From an uncultured Dehalococcoidia bacterium (GTDB taxonomy: Bacteria; Chloroflexota; Dehalococcoidia; DSTF01; JACRBR01): a DNA stretch of 64,000 nucleotides. Below are positions 8,887 through 17,617 of this stretch, one piece after another. Numbering within the stretch: the stretch's first letter is position 1; every line of letters begins with the position of its first letter. The position numbers and the translations under genes were made by a program. The notes below the pieces were generated by a model that was not told the origin of the DNA, searched no databases, and worked only from the letters and a program-made list of their open reading frames with translations. The stretch spans positions 23,431 to 87,430 of the forward strand of contig CAZRHH010000005.1 in assembly GCA_964599885.1 (NCBI GenBank), in the 5' to 3' direction.

Positions 8887-10004
8887 GATGCCGCTCCTGC
8901 CGGTGGTTCGCCCATCTCACGACATTCGTAAACCAGCTCAAGCGCCGCGTCCTCGCCCGCCCACGCCGTGACCGGCTTCTCAAGAGCAACGTAGTACTGC
9001 ATGATCGCCCCACGAAGCGCTGAGGGCACGTCAAGCGGCGCACCGGCCGGCACGGCAAGCAGCTTGTGATCGCCATCACGCCGGAGCAGCACGTCGATCA
9101 CCCGTACCGCCAGCCGCTCACCGCGCGCTCGTTCGTCGCCGTCGACCACCATCACGTCGAGCAGTTCGCCATCGGCCGGATTGATAATGTCGATGGAGCA
9201 TCCGTAGTGCGTGAGCATCGGCGGCAGATCGTGCTGGTAAACGACCGCATCGTCCGCCGCCACCCACTCCCACCGCCCCCGCTCCCCGGCGCGCTGCTCG
9301 ATGACGATATCCAGCGTCGCTTGCAGCATCCGGCGCTTTGCGTCGCCCGCCGCGCGATCAGCGAGCCGCGGCGGCTCCGGCACGCGATAGCCACGCGCGC
9401 ACGCCAGCGCCCACCGCTCCGCCGACGAGAGACTGATCCGGTGCCCCACGGAAACGTAGATCGAACGCACTCCTTGCCGCGTCCGCAGCATCGAACCGAT
9501 CACTTCGCCAGCATCCGTCAGGTTCGCGCGCGAACCGCGAAGTCCCGCTACCGTGCCTTGCTCGCCGATGAGGCGCGACTTGGCGACACCGACCGTCGGC
9601 AGATCAAGCAGCAGCCCGACGTGGCACGCAAACCCAAACCGACGCGGATGCGCGTACCCATGCCCATCGACCATCAGCAGGTCCGGCGTTCCACTGAGCC
9701 GCGCGAACGCCTCCAGCAGCACCGGCGTCTCGCGGAACGACAGCAGCCCCGGCACATACGGAAACGTCACGGGCACTTCGACGGTCACGCGTTCGGCGAT
9801 CTCCATCGACGGATACGCCAGCAGCACCACCGCGCCCACCCCTCGCCCGTTCGGCTTGTCGAACGCGACGTCGGCGCCGGCAACCAGCCGCACGTCCGAG
9901 TCCGGCAGCTCCCCAGTGCGAATCACCCGCTGCGCCAGTTCGCGCTGCAAACTGATCGCTTCAGTCGGGCTCAGATCCCACGGATGCAACGCCTCAATCC
10001 GCAT
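8883..10004 (-). CDS. nfi: Endonuclease V (deoxyinosine 3'-endonuclease) fused to a C-terminal family-I inorganic pyrophosphatase-like domain
   Basis: N-terminal 235 aa align with EndoV ('LVAGADVAF', 'PYVPGLLSFRE', 'LMVDGHGYAHPRRFG', 'PTVGVAKSRL', 'GYRVPEPPRLADRA'). The C-terminal 135 aa resemble PPase ('THYGCSIDII', 'DGELLDVMVV', 'DGDHKLLAVP', 'YYVALEKP'). There is no stop between the two parts. Confidence 0.75.
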   Translation of the reverse strand: MRIEALHPWDLSPTEAISLQRELAQRVIRTGELPDSDVRLVAGADVAFDKPNGRGVGAVVLLAYPSMEIAERVTVEVPVTFPYVPGLLSFRETPVLLEAFARLSGTPDLLMVDGHGYAHPRRFGFACHVGLLLDLPTVGVAKSRLIGEQGTVAGLRGSRANLTDAGEVIGSMLRTRQGVRSIYVSVGHRISLSSAERWALACARGYRVPEPPRLADRAAGDAKRRMLQATLDIVIEQRAGERGRWEWVAADDAVVYQHDLPPMLTHYGCSIDIINPADGELLDVMVVDGDERARGERLAVRVIDVLLRRDGDHKLLAVPAGAPLDVPSALRGAIMQYYVALEKPVTAWAGEDAALELVYECREMGEPPAGAAS

Positions 10005-10073
10005 GATGCGAGTGTACGCCACGGGGCCGCGTGTACCGTGGACGGAAAAGGCGGGCCACTGTACGCTCGCCCC

Positions 10074-11065
10074 ATGGATGACCACGATCGCCTGTCTCTG
10101 TCTTCCCTCGCGCAGCGCGAAGCGGCAGCTGCCGTGAGCGCGCTGGCCGCCGCTGAACGCGCCGTCGAAGCGGGCCACCTCAACGCCGCGAAGGTGCTGC
10201 GCGCCGCCGCTCACTCGTCTCGTGTGCGCGCGCTCGCGCTGCAGCGCATCGGCAGCACGAGCGACACGACCCTCATGGATGTCGAGTCGCTCCGCGTAGC
10301 CGCCGGATCGACGCTCGCAGCACTCAGTACGCTTGCCACCTCGGTCCGCGGCCTGCAACCATCGCTCGACGCGCTCCAATCATCGCAGCATCTCCTGGCC
10401 GAGACGCACACTGCCCTCGTTCGCGGACGCGATGTGCGCGAATCCGAGATCGCGCAATTCTTGTGGGGCTGCAGCGAGTGTGGTCTGCTCGTCGAGGCTC
10501 CCCGCCCAGAGATCTGTCCAGCGTGCGGCAGCATCGGCGGTGACTTTGAGATGTTCGCGCCGTTCTTCAGCGCGACGAGCGAACACCTGGCGCGCCGCCG
10601 CCCGCCGGAGATCGTCGAGATGCTCAGCGGTGACGGCGAGCGTGTCGAAGGGCTCTTACGCGACGTGCCCGACGCGGCGCTTCGTGCGCGACCCGCGGAA
10701 GGCGAATGGTCATGAAGGAAATCGCCGGCCACATGATCGACATCGCCGAACTGTTCGGCCGCCGCGCCCGCGCGACGCTCGACCCGGCGGCGCCCAGCGT
10801 CGCCGAACGAACGCCGCTGCCCTGGAGACTCATCGAAGGGCAAGCGTATCCCGAGACGCCTCTCGTCAACATCCTGACGCGGTTCCGCGCCGCGGTGGAC
10901 GACGCTCTTGCGATCATCACCAGCCTCGAAGACGGGGACTGGCGCCGGAAGGGGGAACTATCCGTCGGCCGCATCTCGCTGATCGATATGGCGTCCTGGC
11001 TGGCGAACGACAACCTCGCGCACACCAAACAGATCGTGCTTCTCCGCGACGCGCCGGACGAATAG
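10074..11065 (+). pseudogene. Helical/Zn-ribbon + DinB-like (DinB_2) protein interrupted by a 1-nt frameshift at 10706-10715 (possible split gene)
   Basis: ORF 10074..10715 ends '...CSECGLL..CPACG...PAEGEWS*'. ORF 10712..11065 starts 'MKEIAGHMIDIAE...'. Together they recreate the DinB_2 N-terminal motif (P-x-G-x-W-S / hE-h-x-x-H-h-x-D-x-E) across a frame change, and the junction is an ATGA overlap. Confidence 0.5.
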
Positions 11066-11142
11066 CAGTACGCCAGCGCGAGCGGCGCGCCACCACCCAC
11101 GAACTTGTACGCGCACATCGCGCCGACTAGGATGCATCCGAC

Positions 11143-11601
11143 GTGAAATACATCCCCGCAGTCGTCCTAGCATTCGTCGCGCCGGCCGTGCTCGTGGGCT
11201 GTGGCGTCGCCTTCTCGCCCGACGACGAAGGCAACGAGTTCTTTCAGTCGCTGGATGTCACCGGCGACAAGCGCGTCGGACAACTGTTGACGGCGGCCGT
11301 GACCTACGAGCAGTTCTACCCGCTATTCATCCACATGACCTGCGAACTCCGCCAGGAACAACAACTCGTAAAGTCGATCTCCGAGGCAACCGTCCCGCCG
11401 CTCAGGGGTGGTACCCCCGGCACGACGCCGTTCCCCGGCAACTTTGCGTTCGACTTCACGGTCGAGGAACCGGGCAACTACCGCGTCGAGTGTCTCACGC
11501 CGCGCGATGAGGACAACTACATCATCGACGAGTTCACGATCGCATCAGCTCCGGCCGAAACTCCGACGCCCGCGCTCGGCGCCGACGAAAACGCGCAGTA
11601 A
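11143..11601 (+). CDS. Hypothetical lipoprotein
   Basis: Signal peptide with lipobox 'LVGC'; 152 aa; no recognisable family. Confidence 0.5.
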   Translation: MKYIPAVVLAFVAPAVLVGCGVAFSPDDEGNEFFQSLDVTGDKRVGQLLTAAVTYEQFYPLFIHMTCELRQEQQLVKSISEATVPPLRGGTPGTTPFPGNFAFDFTVEEPGNYRVECLTPRDEDNYIIDEFTIASAPAETPTPALGADENAQ

Positions 11602-11605
11602 ACCC

Positions 11606-12175
11606 ATGCTCCGTCTCGTCTTCCTGATCCCCGCGCTTATCTTTCTCGCGCCGCTGATGATCATCGCGTTGTCGTCGCTACTCGTGTTCAATGGCAGCCC
11701 CGGGCAGTGCGGCGGCGGCCGCCGGATCAGCGCCGATCCGCAACTCGCGTTCACTTACGATCAACGCTGGATCGCGTTCAACGCTCAACTGATCAACGGC
11801 CTGCCGGCAACACTCAACGTCACCGAAGATGAAGCGACATCGCGCGCGGATCTCTTCCTCGCGCAGTCGAATGCGCCCATCGATGACCTCCGCGTCTGCA
11901 TGGTCGATGGCGGCGCCGACATCAATGGCAAGATCGATACGCCGCTCGGCCCAGACATCGAAGTGCGCGTCAAAGGTTCGGCCGATCTCTCAGGACGGCA
12001 CCCGGACGCCAGCATCGATTCGATCCGTATCGGCGCGATGCCTGCGTTCGTCACGCGCCCGTTCCACAGCCTCGTATCGCGCGTGATCGATCACGAGATG
12101 AACCGCATCGAACTCGACCACCGGCTCTCTGTCGACATCCGCGAGGGCGAGACGACGATCACCGGCACGCCATAG
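11606..12175 (+). CDS. Hypothetical membrane-anchored protein
   Basis: ATG at 11606, 5 nt after the upstream stop. N-terminal TM helix 'LVFLIPALIFLAPLMIIALSSLLVF'. Confidence 0.45.
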   Translation: MLRLVFLIPALIFLAPLMIIALSSLLVFNGSPGQCGGGRRISADPQLAFTYDQRWIAFNAQLINGLPATLNVTEDEATSRADLFLAQSNAPIDDLRVCMVDGGADINGKIDTPLGPDIEVRVKGSADLSGRHPDASIDSIRIGAMPAFVTRPFHSLVSRVIDHEMNRIELDHRLSVDIREGETTITGTP

Positions 12176-12180
12176 CGGCG

Positions 12181-13695
12181 CTAGATCACGCCCTCGCGCA
12201 GCCACTCGCCGGCGCGCTCGCCGATCATGATCGATGTCAGATGGATGTTCGCGCGTGGGCACTTCGGCATCACCGACGCATCTGCGACGTACAGGTTGTC
12301 GTGACCACGCACGCGCAGATGCTGGTCGACGACGCCCATCGGATCGCTCGCCGGAGCCATCTTCGCCGTGCAGCTCGGATGAAAGCCGCTCGATGCCACG
12401 TTCTTGCACCAGTTGCCCAGCGTCTCATCGTCAGCCGTGATCTCCGGCCCCGGCGAAAGCAACCCAGCCGACAGGTGCGCGAACTCATCGCGCGCGCCAA
12501 CCTCAAGCGCCATCCGCACGCCCTCGACCAGCCGCCGCACGTCATCCGGGTGTTCGAGAAAACGGTTCTCGATCCGCGGCGCCGCGTCGGCGTCTCCCGA
12601 TGTTAGCGACACGCGCCCGACGCACTTCTGACGCTCGATCACCGAGCCGATGCTGTACACGAGCCGCCCGTCGCCCGTCGGTATCTGCGACGCCGGCATC
12701 AGTTGCATGTCGTTGCGCTCGTCGTTCAGCGACGACGTGTAGCGGTACGTCATCTGCACCAGCGGTGCGTCCTCATCGAGCAGGTCCGGCCGCGCAACCC
12801 ACGTCACACCGAGCATCGGATGATCGTCGAGGTTCGCGCCGACGCCCGGCAGATCGGTGACGCAATCAATCGACAGCTCCCGCAGATGCGCCTCCGGGCC
12901 CAGCCCCGAACGCATCAGGATCGCTGGCGTGCCGATCGCGCCCGAACACAGGACGATGCGCTCGCCCTCGAAGACCTCCGTCACGCCGCCCGATTCCACC
13001 TCGACACCCGTCGCGCGTCGCCCGTCGGTGATGATCCGCCGCGTCACGCAGTCACCCCGAATCGTCAGGTTCGTGCGATGCCGCGCCGGCTCGATGTAGC
13101 AGAGCGCCACACTCATCCGCGTACGACCGTCGCGGTTCATCGGATGCGGCCCGAGGCCCGTTGCGTCCGGCGCGTTGTTGTCGTCCGTCTCCGGATAGCC
13201 CATCGCGCGCATGGCCAGCGTGAAGGCGCGTTGCACCGGCGTCAGTTCGTCCTCGCGGTAGCGCCGGATCGGTATCGGTCCGCTGCGCCCGTGAAAGTCA
13301 CCATTGTAATCCAGATCGTGCTCGAGCCGGCGGAAATACGGCAGCACGCGCTCCCACGACCATTCGTGGTTACCCAGCGCCGCCCACTCGTCGTAGTCCT
13401 CCGGCGTGCCGCGCAACGCAATCGCGGTGTTCACCGCCGACGAGCCGCCAACCACGCGCCCGCGCGGAAAGCGCGTCAGCCGCCCGGCGACGTTGGCTTC
13501 CGCCTTGAATCGCCAGTCGTGCGCCGTGTAGGAGTTGTTATGGCTGTTGAGGAGGTCATCCGGCATCAGCGCCGCCGTCGCATAGTACGGCCCTGCTTCC
13601 AGCACCAGCACGTTGATCGCCGGGTTCTCCGACAATCGCGCCGCGACGACACCGCCCGCCGCACCCGCGCCAATGACGATCGCGTCGTACTTCAT
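12181..13695 (-). CDS. GMC-family FAD-dependent oxidoreductase (choline dehydrogenase-like)
   Basis: 'YDAIVIGAGAAGGVVAARLSE' Rossmann motif, 'GGSSAVNTAI', and C-terminal 'HPSCTAKM...VVD..LRVRG..NLYVADASVMP' GMC signatures. Confidence 0.88.
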   Translation of the reverse strand: MKYDAIVIGAGAAGGVVAARLSENPAINVLVLEAGPYYATAALMPDDLLNSHNNSYTAHDWRFKAEANVAGRLTRFPRGRVVGGSSAVNTAIALRGTPEDYDEWAALGNHEWSWERVLPYFRRLEHDLDYNGDFHGRSGPIPIRRYREDELTPVQRAFTLAMRAMGYPETDDNNAPDATGLGPHPMNRDGRTRMSVALCYIEPARHRTNLTIRGDCVTRRIITDGRRATGVEVESGGVTEVFEGERIVLCSGAIGTPAILMRSGLGPEAHLRELSIDCVTDLPGVGANLDDHPMLGVTWVARPDLLDEDAPLVQMTYRYTSSLNDERNDMQLMPASQIPTGDGRLVYSIGSVIERQKCVGRVSLTSGDADAAPRIENRFLEHPDDVRRLVEGVRMALEVGARDEFAHLSAGLLSPGPEITADDETLGNWCKNVASSGFHPSCTAKMAPASDPMGVVDQHLRVRGHDNLYVADASVMPKCPRANIHLTSIMIGERAGEWLREGVI

Positions 13696-14181
13696 CGGTG
13701 GCAGCGTAACGGCGGTTGTGCGTACGTGGTAGACGCGCTCTCGAGGACGCTACTCGGCCGCCGAGAAGTGCGCCCGCAGTGCCGCGCGATGCGCCGCAAT
13801 CAGATCCTCGGCGCGCGCGAGGACCGCCTGCCAGCCGGCCGCGTCAGCGGCTGCTCGTCCAGGCGGTGGCACCGCGCCCGCCAGCTCTTGCGAGAGCCGA
13901 AAGAGCTGCAACGACACCCGCATCAGATCAGCGGCGCTGGCTTCGAGCTCCTCGCGCGGCGAGCTCGCAGAAGCGAGCGGGGCGTACGCTTCCGCATCGT
14001 CGGATGACTGCCGTGGCACCGTTGGCCCACTCATGACGGGGAGTCTAGCAGCGGCTGCCGCACGCGCCGGTAACAGCGGGTCACAATCATCACTCGATAA
14101 GTCACGACGGTCAGGCAGCAGCAAAAGGAAGAGGCCGCCCGCTGGTGCCGGCGGCCTCTCGCATCATCGCATCGTCCCCTA

Positions 14182-14748
14182 CTACGGCTGAGCGACGAAC
14201 CAGATATCGGCCACCGCCTGACCGTTCGTATCGCCCGGCGCGGTATCGCCGGAGAAGCGGTACAACGGCGCTCCGTCGTAGGTCACCTGCGTCGTGCCGT
14301 CCGCCCGCTCGATCGTCGCGAGTTCGCCCGCTGCGCCCGAGCCGGCCGTCGGCTCGCCTTCCACGGTCGCTGCCGGCCACGCCGTCGCACATCCCTCGAC
14401 GCACGCGCTCTCACCGCTGTCAGCGACATCGTTCTCGAACGTGTACAGCGTCAATCCATCAGCGTCCACGAGGATCGGACCGAGGTCACCGCCATCGCCG
14501 ACAGCAATGGTGGTGTCGCCGTCGCCCGTTGCGGGCGTTTCGTCGCCGGCGTCAGGCGTCTCGGCCGCATCGTCAGTCGTCGCCGCTGCGGGACTCGTCG
14601 CGGCGCTGTCGCTCGTCGCTTGCGGCGTCGCATCGCCGTCCGGGTCATCGTCGTCGTCGCCGCACGCCCCCGCGATGACGGCGAATCCTGCGATCGCTAC
14701 CAGTGCCAGTGATGTGAGGACTCCTGCTCGTCGTCGTGTTCGGATCAT
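14182..14748 (-). CDS. Lipoprotein with Yx(FWY)xxD 'secreted repeat' motifs (COG4315-like)
   Basis: Start at internal Met 'MIRTRRRAGVLTSLALVAIAGFAVIAGACG' (lipobox). Repeats 'LYTFENDV', 'PLYRFSGDTAPGD'; Asp/Thr-rich linker. Confidence 0.55.
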   Translation of the reverse strand: MIRTRRRAGVLTSLALVAIAGFAVIAGACGDDDDDPDGDATPQATSDSAATSPAAATTDDAAETPDAGDETPATGDGDTTIAVGDGGDLGPILVDADGLTLYTFENDVADSGESACVEGCATAWPAATVEGEPTAGSGAAGELATIERADGTTQVTYDGAPLYRFSGDTAPGDTNGQAVADIWFVAQP

Positions 14749-14874
14749 CCTTGCCTCCTTAGTGGCTTCTTTCCAATCTTCCAACGCGTCAATATACGCG
14801 GCGCCGCGCCGCGGGGATGTATCACGAACGTTGCCTCGTGACGCCAATGAGGGACGATGGCGCGTTATGTAGAG

Positions 14875-16335
14875 CTACAGCGCGGGACGTCGCTTGTGCC
14901 AGTCCGCGGATTGCTCGAACGCATACGCAGCCCGCAATACCGTCGCTTCATCAAACGGCTTCCCGATCAACTGCACGCCAACCGGCAGATCGTCGACGAA
15001 TCCGGCGGGGACGGATATCCCCGGCAGCCCGGCGATATTCACCGGCAGCGTGAAGATGTCGTTCAGGTACATCTCGTAGGGGTCGCCCGTCTTCTCGCCG
15101 ATCTTGAATGCCGGGGTCGGCGTCACCGGCGACAGGATCACGTCGCACCGCTCCAACGCCGCGTCGAACTCGCGACGGATCACCGTGCGCACCTTCTGCG
15201 CCTTCAAGTAGTACGCATCGTAATAGCCCGACGAGAGCGCGTACGTGCCGATCATGATCCTACGCTTTACTTCGGGGCCAAATCCCTGGCCGCGCGTCTT
15301 CTCCATGTTCTCCCACATCGTCGCGCCCTGCCGGTACGAGAAGCCGTACTTTACGCCGTCGTACCGCGCGAGATTCGCCGATGCCTCGCTGGGCGCGATG
15401 ATGTAGTACACGGCGAGCGCCGCTTCCGTGCTGGGGAGTGTGATCTCGTAGTCGATCGTGGCGCCCTGCGCTTCGAGCGATCTCAGCGCCTGCTCGACCG
15501 ACGCACGCACACCCACGTCGAGCGACGCCGGCATGTACTCCCTCGGCACGCCCACGCGTAGCCCGCGCACGCCGCGTTCGAGTTCCGCCGTGAAGTCCGG
15601 CACGTCCACGGGCGCCGACGTCGAATCGAGCGCGTCATGCGCGCAGATCGTGTTCAGCACCGTCGCGCAGTCGCGGACGTCGCGCGTGAACGGTCCGACC
15701 TGATCGAGCGAACTGGCGAAGGCGACGAGACCGAAGCGGCTCACACGCCCGTACGTCGGCTTCATCCCGACGACGCCGCAGAACGCCGCCGGCTGTCGGA
15801 TGCTGCCACCCGTGTCGGAACCCAGTGAGAACGTCGCCTCACCCGCCGACACGGCCGCTGCCGACCCGCCCGACGACCCGCCCGGTACGCGCCCCAGGTC
15901 CCACGGGTTATGCGTCGGATGAAACGCCGAGTTCTCCGTCGAAGAGCCCATCGCGAACTCGTCCATATTCGTCTTACCGACCATCACCGCGCCGGCCTCA
16001 GCAAGCCGCGCCACGACGGTAGCGTCGTACGGCGGCACGAAGTGCTCGAGCATCTTCGATCCGCAGGTCGTCGGCACGCCCTTCGTCGTCAACAGATCCT
16101 TGATCGCCACCGGCACGCCCAGCAGCGCGCCGCTCTCGCCGGCGCCGATCCGCGCGTCAGCGGCGTCGGCTAAGGCCAGCGCCCGGTCGCCCGTGACGGT
16201 GAGAAACGCCCGCACACGCTCATCGACAGCGGCGATACGGTCGAGCGCGGCCTGCGTCAGCTCGCGCGACGAGACCTCGCGCTTTTCGAGCAGCCCTGAT
16301 GCCTCGTGGATCGTGAGTTCGTACAGCGGCGTCAT
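14875..16335 (-). CDS. gatA: Glutamyl-tRNA(Gln) amidotransferase subunit A
   Basis: Amidase signature '[14 protein letters not shown]...[25 protein letters not shown]'; full-length 486 aa. Confidence 0.93.
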   Translation of the reverse strand: MTPLYELTIHEASGLLEKREVSSRELTQAALDRIAAVDERVRAFLTVTGDRALALADAADARIGAGESGALLGVPVAIKDLLTTKGVPTTCGSKMLEHFVPPYDATVVARLAEAGAVMVGKTNMDEFAMGSSTENSAFHPTHNPWDLGRVPGGSSGGSAAAVSAGEATFSLGSDTGGSIRQPAAFCGVVGMKPTYGRVSRFGLVAFASSLDQVGPFTRDVRDCATVLNTICAHDALDSTSAPVDVPDFTAELERGVRGLRVGVPREYMPASLDVGVRASVEQALRSLEAQGATIDYEITLPSTEAALAVYYIIAPSEASANLARYDGVKYGFSYRQGATMWENMEKTRGQGFGPEVKRRIMIGTYALSSGYYDAYYLKAQKVRTVIRREFDAALERCDVILSPVTPTPAFKIGEKTGDPYEMYLNDIFTLPVNIAGLPGISVPAGFVDDLPVGVQLIGKPFDEATVLRAAYAFEQSADWHKRRPAL

Positions 16336-16337
16336 CG

Positions 16338-16625
16338 CTATTCGAGCACCGCACGAACGCGCAGGTAGCCCTCTTCGGTGGCCGGCGCCAGGGCGAGCAC
16401 CTCGTCGCGCGGCAGCGACGGGCGCGAGACATCATCGGCCATCACATTCCGTAGCGGTAACGCCTGGGCCGTAGGTTCGACGCCCTCCGTGTCGACGCCG
16501 TCCAGCACGTCGAAATGCCCGATAATCTCCGAAAGCTGGCCGCTGAACGTATCGATCTCGTCGTCGGTGAGTTCAACGCGCGCAAGCCGCGCGATGTGCA
16601 GCACAGTCTCACGTTCAAGCTTCAT
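16338..16625 (-). CDS. gatC: Glutamyl-tRNA(Gln) amidotransferase subunit C
   Basis: 95 aa from internal Met '[24 protein letters not shown]'. Lies immediately upstream of gatA on the same strand. Confidence 0.85.
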   Translation of the reverse strand: MKLERETVLHIARLARVELTDDEIDTFSGQLSEIIGHFDVLDGVDTEGVEPTAQALPLRNVMADDVSRPSLPRDEVLALAPATEEGYLRVRAVLE

Positions 16626-16807
16626 GCGTCCATCGTATCGGCTGTCGCAACGGCGCGCGACTGAACCGACGGCCGTATCTATTTCTGTTCTCGTTCGAAC
16701 CATTGGGCTCCAGGTTGCCGGTTCCCAGGTTCCTCCACGCGCGTGTGGTGCATATGCACCGGCAGCCCCTTCCCCCGTTCTGCTACCATTCCTCTCGGCA
16801 GGGGTAA

Positions 16808-17617
16808 TTGGACGGACATATGGTCAAGGCGCCCGGCAGGGCCGAAGTGGCTCTCGGGAATCCAAGCTTCGTCTGGCGGTTTGGGCAGGATCGCCGGCTC
16901 AATCTCATCCGCCACTACGCACCGCTCGAAGGCGCGCGCATCCTCGACATCGGATGCGGCCTCGGCGTCTATGTGCGCAAGTTCCGCGACTTCAGCGACA
17001 GCGTCTGCGGCATCGATATCGATGCCAAGCGCCTGCGCGAAGGCGCGAAGACCACGCCCGGCCTGATGCTGGCCGTCGGCGAGCATCTTCCCTACCGCAA
17101 TGAGACGTTCGACGTCATCGTCCTGAACGAGGTGATCGAGCACGTGACGAACGATGCGGCGACGATGCGCGAAGCGATGCGCATCCTGCGCCCGGGCGGC
17201 CGGATCGCCGTGTATGCCCCGAACCGGCTGTACCCGTTCGAGACGCATGGCATCTACCTCGGTAGCAGGTTCATCTTCGGGAACATCCCGTTCGTCAACT
17301 GGCTGCCGAACGTGCTGCGCAACCGCCTCGTACCCCACGCCCGGGCGTACACGAGAGGCGGCATCCGGAGGACCTATCGCGGCCTCGGCGCGCGGGTGCT
17401 CGCCGAAACGTACGTGTACCCGGGATTCGACAACATCATCGCCCGTCGCAAGCGGCTCGGGCGCGTACTCAGAGCGGCGCTCTATCGCGCCGAACACACT
17501 CCGCTGCGCATGTTCGGGCTGTCGCACTTCGTCGTGCTGCAGAAGCCCGCGACAGCAACGGAAGCGGGAAGGCAGGAGGAACGGGTTTGGCAAGGAAGCA
17601 CGCAACCAGGCGGCTGA
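16808..17617 (+). CDS. Class I SAM-dependent methyltransferase (Methyltransf_11-like)
   Basis: 'ILDIGCGLGVY' motif I and 'LRPGGRIAVYAPN'. Alternative start at 16820 (MVKAPG). Confidence 0.75.
   Translation: MDGHMVKAPGRAEVALGNPSFVWRFGQDRRLNLIRHYAPLEGARILDIGCGLGVYVRKFRDFSDSVCGIDIDAKRLREGAKTTPGLMLAVGEHLPYRNETFDVIVLNEVIEHVTNDAATMREAMRILRPGGRIAVYAPNRLYPFETHGIYLGSRFIFGNIPFVNWLPNVLRNRLVPHARAYTRGGIRRTYRGLGARVLAETYVYPGFDNIIARRKRLGRVLRAALYRAEHTPLRMFGLSHFVVLQKPATATEAGRQEERVWQGSTQPGG

Noticed and set aside
6778-8931. 717-aa plus-strand ORF
   Set aside because: Antisense shadow of the His-rich membrane protein and methyltransferase genes. Arg-rich low-complexity translation.
10712-11065. Reading the ATGA junction at 10712-10715 as two normally coupled, intact genes
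   Set aside because: The boundary falls inside a single conserved DinB_2 motif, so a frame disruption of one gene is more likely. Kept as an alternative in the findings.
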